Shown: piece after piece, positions 59,527 to 64,000 of the stretch
Layout: the number at the start of each line of letters is the position of its first letter
Position numbering within the stretch: position 1 is the first letter of the stretch
Made by a program: the position numbers and the translations under genes
The notes under the pieces: generated by a model
The model's database searches: none
Seen by the model: the letters and a program-made list of their open reading frames with translations, nothing else
What the model was told of the DNA's origin: nothing
IMG/VR virus record: IMGVR_UViG_3300042382_000102
Location: 1 to 64,000 of that record
Length of the DNA: 64,000 nucleotides
Strand: one strand, 5' to 3'
Source: a virus

Positions 59527-59936
59527 TTTTGTTGTACTCTTATATTACTGTGAATTAATGTTAAAATACCTGAATCAGTTTTATATCTGTCTGAAAATAT
59601 TACTCTTTCAACGCCAGATTGGATTAGTAGCAGTGAACAATTGTCACAAGGAGCAGTTGTCACATATACTGTTGATCCTTTTAAACTCAAACCTTCTGCA
59701 GCAGCCTTAGAGACTAAATTTGCTTCAGCATGAATTACATAGGATAATGTTTTATTATAATCATCTTCACATTTATTAGGAAAACCTGTGGGAGTTCCAT
59801 TAAATCCGAAGCTGAGAATATTATTATTTTTTACTGCTATAGCACCAACCTTACGCTTTTCAGCATGAGACATTAGTGCTATTCTTTTAGCAAGATCTAA
59901 ATACAGGGAATCGTAGCGATCTTCTTTTGTAACCAT
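59523..59936 (-). CDS. dCMP deaminase
   Basis: KVGA, GFNGTP.G, HAEAN, APCDNC. Confidence 0.92.
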   Translation of the reverse strand: MVTKEDRYDSLYLDLAKRIALMSHAEKRKVGAIAVKNNNILSFGFNGTPTGFPNKCEDDYNKTLSYVIHAEANLVSKAAAEGLSLKGSTVYVTTAPCDNCSLLLIQSGVERVIFSDRYKTDSGILTLIHSNIRVQQK

Positions 59937-60388
59937 GAAGGTGCATCTCTATTTGTATATCGCATTAAATTTATTTTTTCAGTTAAATAATAATTTCGAT
60001 ATGATTCAACTGTATCATTTAACTTACAATGATCTGGCATGGCTAAGGGAGGGTCTTGCCAATCTTCTGCTTTAATGTCCCTTGGAAAACTAGAAAGTGT
60101 ACCTGAATGATCTAAAATAGTTTTATGTACTTTTCCAAATCGGTGAGTATACTCTTTACCAAGTTCTTCCATAAGAATATAAAGCCACATATAATGCTTA
60201 ATACTACTACGAACCCAAACAGCAGAAGGATGATTGTCATGTGTCTTTTTGTAAGGCCCACCATCACCAACTAGATGATGGGCGGTAGATAATAACTGTG
60301 CTGACTCAAGAATCATCTTTACTACATGAGAATCATAGTGAGCCTTAGCACATTCTGTTTGGTTTTTGTCTAAATAAAAAATGTTCAT
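59897..60388 (-). CDS. Pyrimidine-dimer DNA glycosylase-like protein (DenV superfamily)
   Basis: MNIFYLD, HVVKMILESAQLL, HPS..WVR, EYTHRFGKVH, PLAMPD, YRNYY. Confidence 0.75.
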   Translation of the reverse strand: MNIFYLDKNQTECAKAHYDSHVVKMILESAQLLSTAHHLVGDGGPYKKTHDNHPSAVWVRSSIKHYMWLYILMEELGKEYTHRFGKVHKTILDHSGTLSSFPRDIKAEDWQDPPLAMPDHCKLNDTVESYRNYYLTEKINLMRYTNRDAPSWLQKKIATIPCI

Positions 60389-61023
60389 GATTCGTGTATG
60401 TGTGTAAATTCAGGGTATTTAGCTTTAATTTTAGCTATATACTTTGGATCATCATTCTTTCTAATTAAATGAACTTTGAATTCTTTACTAATGTCAAACT
60501 CTACACTAGTGTCTAATTCATAATCTTCCGAATTAGTTAAATAATCCCAATAATAACCACGAGTATAAGAAGCTTTAGACAAACTTCCATGAAATGTGTT
60601 TAACATCTCAATTGGTTGTCTATCACATAATACAATTTGAATTGGCATAAAACAATTTTTTACGTTTAATACACCAACAACTCCATTATCTAAACTATGT
60701 GTATAATAAGAATTATTTGTTACATCTTCTAATTCATCAGCTTGAAGCTGTAATGCTTGTGATATTCTGTCTTTGATACTATTTCTAGACTCATTAGGAT
60801 ACCCATGAATATAGATATCTAAATCCTTTGCAGGGTTACCTAATGCCCAGTCTCGTGGTGCTCCACCTAGAATACAAGAATAAGGGTCCACAATATGTAA
60901 CATGTTTAATGCTGCATGAGCACAGTTTTTCTGTGATTCAATAGTTTTACTTTTCATTTCAGTTTTTAAAGAAAGAGATTCTAAAAGTGCTTTTTTAATT
61001 CTATCATTTATATCGTTATACAT
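60385..61023 (-). CDS. Nucleotidyltransferase (CCA-adding/poly(A) polymerase head-like)
   Basis: GGAPRD...KDLDIY signature. Confidence 0.7.
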   Translation of the reverse strand: MYNDINDRIKKALLESLSLKTEMKSKTIESQKNCAHAALNMLHIVDPYSCILGGAPRDWALGNPAKDLDIYIHGYPNESRNSIKDRISQALQLQADELEDVTNNSYYTHSLDNGVVGVLNVKNCFMPIQIVLCDRQPIEMLNTFHGSLSKASYTRGYYWDYLTNSEDYELDTSVEFDISKEFKVHLIRKNDDPKYIAKIKAKYPEFTHIHES

Positions 61024-61034
61024 TTTATTCCCAG

Positions 61035-62912
61035 TTAATGTACATCATACCAGTTATTACCGATTTTGGACTCACCATCCATAATATCCACACCAAATAA
61101 CTTTGGACCATCTTGAAAAGCTTTTTTAGCAATTGCAGATGCTCTTTCAGCATACTCGATAGGAACTTCAAATTCAATCTCGTCATGATAAAATATCAAC
61201 GGATTGAATGGTATGTTCTCCTCTTGGAGTCTAACATAAGTAAGAGCAGTAGCTGCTTTACATGTAATAGCTTCACAACTCTGTAATAGATAATTGAGAG
61301 ACTTATGAGCAGATTCACAAGGAATCTTTCTACCATCAAGTGCAGGAATCCAAGGACTGCCACGTAACTCTGTTTGGTTATAAACAGCATTAATACGCTT
61401 AATCAATGAATCTAGTCCTGGAATACGTTTTGCAAACTCAGCTTTAATCTTATTACCAAGTTTAGCATTACGAACACCAGTTAAAATTAAAGAAACCTTC
61501 TCACCACCAGCACCAAACAAATAAGCATAAATGAATGGCTTCGCTAATTTACGAGATACAGTAGGGTCTTTAATAATCTTAGGAAACTTAGATTGTTCTT
61601 CTGTCATTACAGCTGTTAGTACATCTGCATTCTTTTGATGCACATCTCCATTTAAAACTTCATTAGTATACTCATCATTTTTTAGATAATGACATAAAGC
61701 TCTAAATTGATTACCAGAAGAGTCAGCGCCAATAATTGCATACCCAGGACTAGCCATAAATAATTTACGAATATCTGGACCCCATTCGGAATCAGCACCT
61801 GGAACATTGACAATACCACTATGTCTAGCACGACCAGTTGGAGTAGAGATAGTAAAACAACTACCATGTAATCTGTTATTCTCATCTAAAGACTCCAACC
61901 ATCCAGACAATATAGAGTGTCTAGATCTAGTAGTATAATACTTATCAATTAGCATCCCTACTTCACCTAACTTCTCTAGTGAACTAGTAGTTAACTTTTC
62001 AGATACTTTAATAAATTCATTACCTTGTTTTTTCCAATTCCAGTCGTCAGGCTCCCAACCAATTTTGTGTAAATATAATTTAACTGAATCAATATTACCT
62101 AAATCAGGTTGTACATATTCAAATCGTTGATATGGACCCTCTACCATACGATCATCCCTGCCATTAGAAGGATCAATATTAAAATATCTAGCAGTAACGG
62201 CATCATAATTACCGTTCTTAATCCACTTTGGTATTTTAGGTTGTTTATCCAAGACTTTAGTTTCTGTACTAAGTCGTGGCTCAATAACAGCTTGAACTTC
62301 TGCCATTTGAGCTTCCATAGCAGCCAATAGTTTTGTAGCAGCATCTTTGTCAAATTGCCATCCTATATATTCTGCATCAGCACAAAATTGTGCGGTAAGG
62401 TGCTCATTTTTAATAGAAGTTTTAAGATATGGCTTTTTCTCAGTCATACCTTTTAATTCTTTAATAAGACCTCTATAGACCTTAACGTTGATTTTTACGT
62501 CTTCTCTACACCGATGTAGCATGTCGGTTGAGTACTGACTCCAGTCCTCATGCTCGACCTTACTATGACCAAGGTATTCACCCCATACAGCTAGAGAATG
62601 CTTTCCATTAAATCGATCATAATTAATGACTTGCGATAGTAACATCGTATCATATAATTTAGTTTCTTTATTTGGAATCCAATTGTATAGTTTTCGGAGA
62701 ACAAGTAAGTCATAGCCAATAATATTATGGCCAATTAAACTTGTTGCTTTCGATAGGTGTTGTAAGCCTTGCTCTAAGCTTGGATATTGTGGATCATAGT
62801 CGGTAAAGATTAGCTCTTCACCAGTACTAGTATCATTTGTCACAATCATCCAAACTTTACTTACAGTGTCTAGTAAACCATCACTTTCGATGTCAAATAC
62901 TAGATTGCTCAT
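61035..62912 (-). CDS. Family A DNA polymerase (T7 gp5-like) with 3'-5' exonuclease
   Basis: FDIESDG, GHNIIGYD, TGRARH, motif A DSSGNQFR, motif B RKLAKPFIYAYLFG, LLQS, HDE. Confidence 0.95.
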   Translation of the reverse strand: MSNLVFDIESDGLLDTVSKVWMIVTNDTSTGEELIFTDYDPQYPSLEQGLQHLSKATSLIGHNIIGYDLLVLRKLYNWIPNKETKLYDTMLLSQVINYDRFNGKHSLAVWGEYLGHSKVEHEDWSQYSTDMLHRCREDVKINVKVYRGLIKELKGMTEKKPYLKTSIKNEHLTAQFCADAEYIGWQFDKDAATKLLAAMEAQMAEVQAVIEPRLSTETKVLDKQPKIPKWIKNGNYDAVTARYFNIDPSNGRDDRMVEGPYQRFEYVQPDLGNIDSVKLYLHKIGWEPDDWNWKKQGNEFIKVSEKLTTSSLEKLGEVGMLIDKYYTTRSRHSILSGWLESLDENNRLHGSCFTISTPTGRARHSGIVNVPGADSEWGPDIRKLFMASPGYAIIGADSSGNQFRALCHYLKNDEYTNEVLNGDVHQKNADVLTAVMTEEQSKFPKIIKDPTVSRKLAKPFIYAYLFGAGGEKVSLILTGVRNAKLGNKIKAEFAKRIPGLDSLIKRINAVYNQTELRGSPWIPALDGRKIPCESAHKSLNYLLQSCEAITCKAATALTYVRLQEENIPFNPLIFYHDEIEFEVPIEYAERASAIAKKAFQDGPKLFGVDIMDGESKIGNNWYDVH

Positions 62913-63531
62913 TTAATAATTTTTCTATATCTTTAATTTTAATTGGTTGGTTATTGTTTTTAGTGTAAGCAAGTAGGAACTTTAAATACCATAATGCTTT
63001 ACCTAATTCTTGTTCTTCAGCATCTTTACCGCCAAGGCGATCTAGATACTTTCGTACTTGTAGTTCAACTGCTGCCTTGAAGCAATCAGGATTTCTAAAG
63101 CTCGGTAGATATTGCATAGCCTCTAGCCATTGTAAATCCATTATATAACTCTGATAGTGACTAGGATTAATAGCACTCTGGTAGTTAGGAGTAAGAATAG
63201 TGCTCTTTAATGTTGTTGGATTTTCTTTTAAGTATTTCATAAGCTGATCTACTTCCCACTCATCATCACCATCTTCAATAGCCCACGTATTTAATAAGTT
63301 ACGATAGTCATTTACAGCACCAATTGTATTTAACTCCTTAGATCTGTTTTTTACAGATGTAGGCCAAATACATTTGATAGTAAAGAAATTCATATTGTCT
63401 TTCCATGCAGTTACAGCATTTTCAAAGTCATTATATGTTCCTACTACCCCACGCTTATCATCATACGAATACACTTCATATACTGGTACGTACATCTTGA
63501 TCCTCTGGTTTATATAGTTTGCCCTCATCAA
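62893..63531 (-). CDS. Protein with C-terminal DUF3310-like domain
   Basis: AINPSHY...KYL.R.G.KD...EL.KALWYL; probable start near 63495. Confidence 0.6.
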   Translation of the reverse strand: MMRANYINQRIKMYVPVYEVYSYDDKRGVVGTYNDFENAVTAWKDNMNFFTIKCIWPTSVKNRSKELNTIGAVNDYRNLLNTWAIEDGDDEWEVDQLMKYLKENPTTLKSTILTPNYQSAINPSHYQSYIMDLQWLEAMQYLPSFRNPDCFKAAVELQVRKYLDRLGGKDAEEQELGKALWYLKFLLAYTKNNNQPIKIKDIEKLLNEQSSI

Positions 63532-63658
63532 TAGCTTGTTTTAGCATATGTATAAAAGCATAATTCATAAGGTATTCTCTTGCTTCGTTATCTAAGTCTA
63601 GTATAACATTAGCACTACCATCTTCATTTTCATTAATCTTAGATATTGTAAACTTCAT
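63476..63658 (-). CDS. Hypothetical protein
   Basis: 60 aa; ENEDGSA motif common in small phage proteins. Confidence 0.5.
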   Translation of the reverse strand: MKFTISKINENEDGSANVILDLDNEAREYLMNYAFIHMLKQAIDEGKLYKPEDQDVRTSI

Positions 63659-63921
63659 TAGTATACATCTCCATTTTCTTGAATCTTTTTATCTTCATAA
63701 GGTGCAGCTATTCTACGATAAAACTCAATCTTAGCACCTTCTAGAGCACCTACAATGTCGTTAATTGCTTGGTAGTTACCTTTATCTGTACGATTAAAAT
63801 AATCTCGTACAATAGAAGTAATAACAAAGTTTAACTCACCAGGGGTAGTGCATAAATCACCAACCTCAGCTACACTCTTTGTATGTAAGAACTGTTTAAA
63901 GTCTTGTCGAATATAAGGCAT
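63658..63921 (-). CDS. Conserved phage hypothetical protein
   Basis: MPYI...GELNF...GALEGAK.EFYRR...PYED.KI..NGDVY. Confidence 0.6.
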   Translation of the reverse strand: MPYIRQDFKQFLHTKSVAEVGDLCTTPGELNFVITSIVRDYFNRTDKGNYQAINDIVGALEGAKIEFYRRIAAPYEDKKIQENGDVY

Positions 63922-64000
63922 TAATCTAAATACTCCGTAATAATAGTGTCACAAGCTTTGTCTACTGTAGATCTCCACTCTGTAACTAGAGACTCAAAGA

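Noticed and set aside
3745-62353. All plus-strand ORFs (e.g. 18006..18332, 19074..19484, 21489..21902, 53544..53828) and nested off-frame minus ORFs (e.g. 27017..27262, 55403..55705)
   Set aside because: They lie antisense to or inside well-supported genes, have no recognisable motifs, and reflect codon bias of the real strand.
53237-62912. Introns or inteins in nrdA, nrdB, polymerase or helicase linked to the GIY-YIG gene
   Set aside because: These genes are contiguous and of normal length; the GIY-YIG ORF is free-standing.
63921-64000. Partial minus-strand ORF at the right edge (...FESLVTEWRSTVDKACDTIITEYLD)
   Set aside because: Too short to assign a function.

Overview
A 64-kb segment of an AT-rich lytic tailed dsDNA phage. 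All credible genes are on the minus strand, and spanins point to a Gram-negative host. In transcription order (right to left) the window holds: (i) a T7-like replication and nucleotide-metabolism module (family A DNA polymerase, primase-helicase, 5'-3' exonuclease, class I RNR with a glutaredoxin domain built into NrdA, dCMP deaminase, pyrimidine-dimer glycosylase, nucleotidyltransferase, ClpP-like protease); (ii) many small hypothetical genes; (iii) terminase; (iv) a lysis/PhoH/tRNA block; (v) a siphovirus-type head and long non-contractile tail module with a -1 frameshifted chaperone, a 2438-aa tape measure, a J-like tip, a 2089-aa Calx-beta-like repeat adhesin and an Ala/Ser-rich fibre. The main finding is the gene in the minor-head-protein slot between portal and scaffold (28853..33271). 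It encodes a MuF/SPP1-gp7 head morphogenesis domain fused to a T7/SP6-family single-subunit RNA polymerase with its catalytic residues present. Four dispersed, intergenic, co-oriented copies of an SP6-like motif (minus strand ACCAGGKGACGCTAAA-GAGA) lie in front of the SleB gene and late gene blocks and are its likely promoters. Together these suggest a capsid-loaded, self-amplifying RNAP/promoter system. All family assignments come from motif recognition by eye, with no database search.
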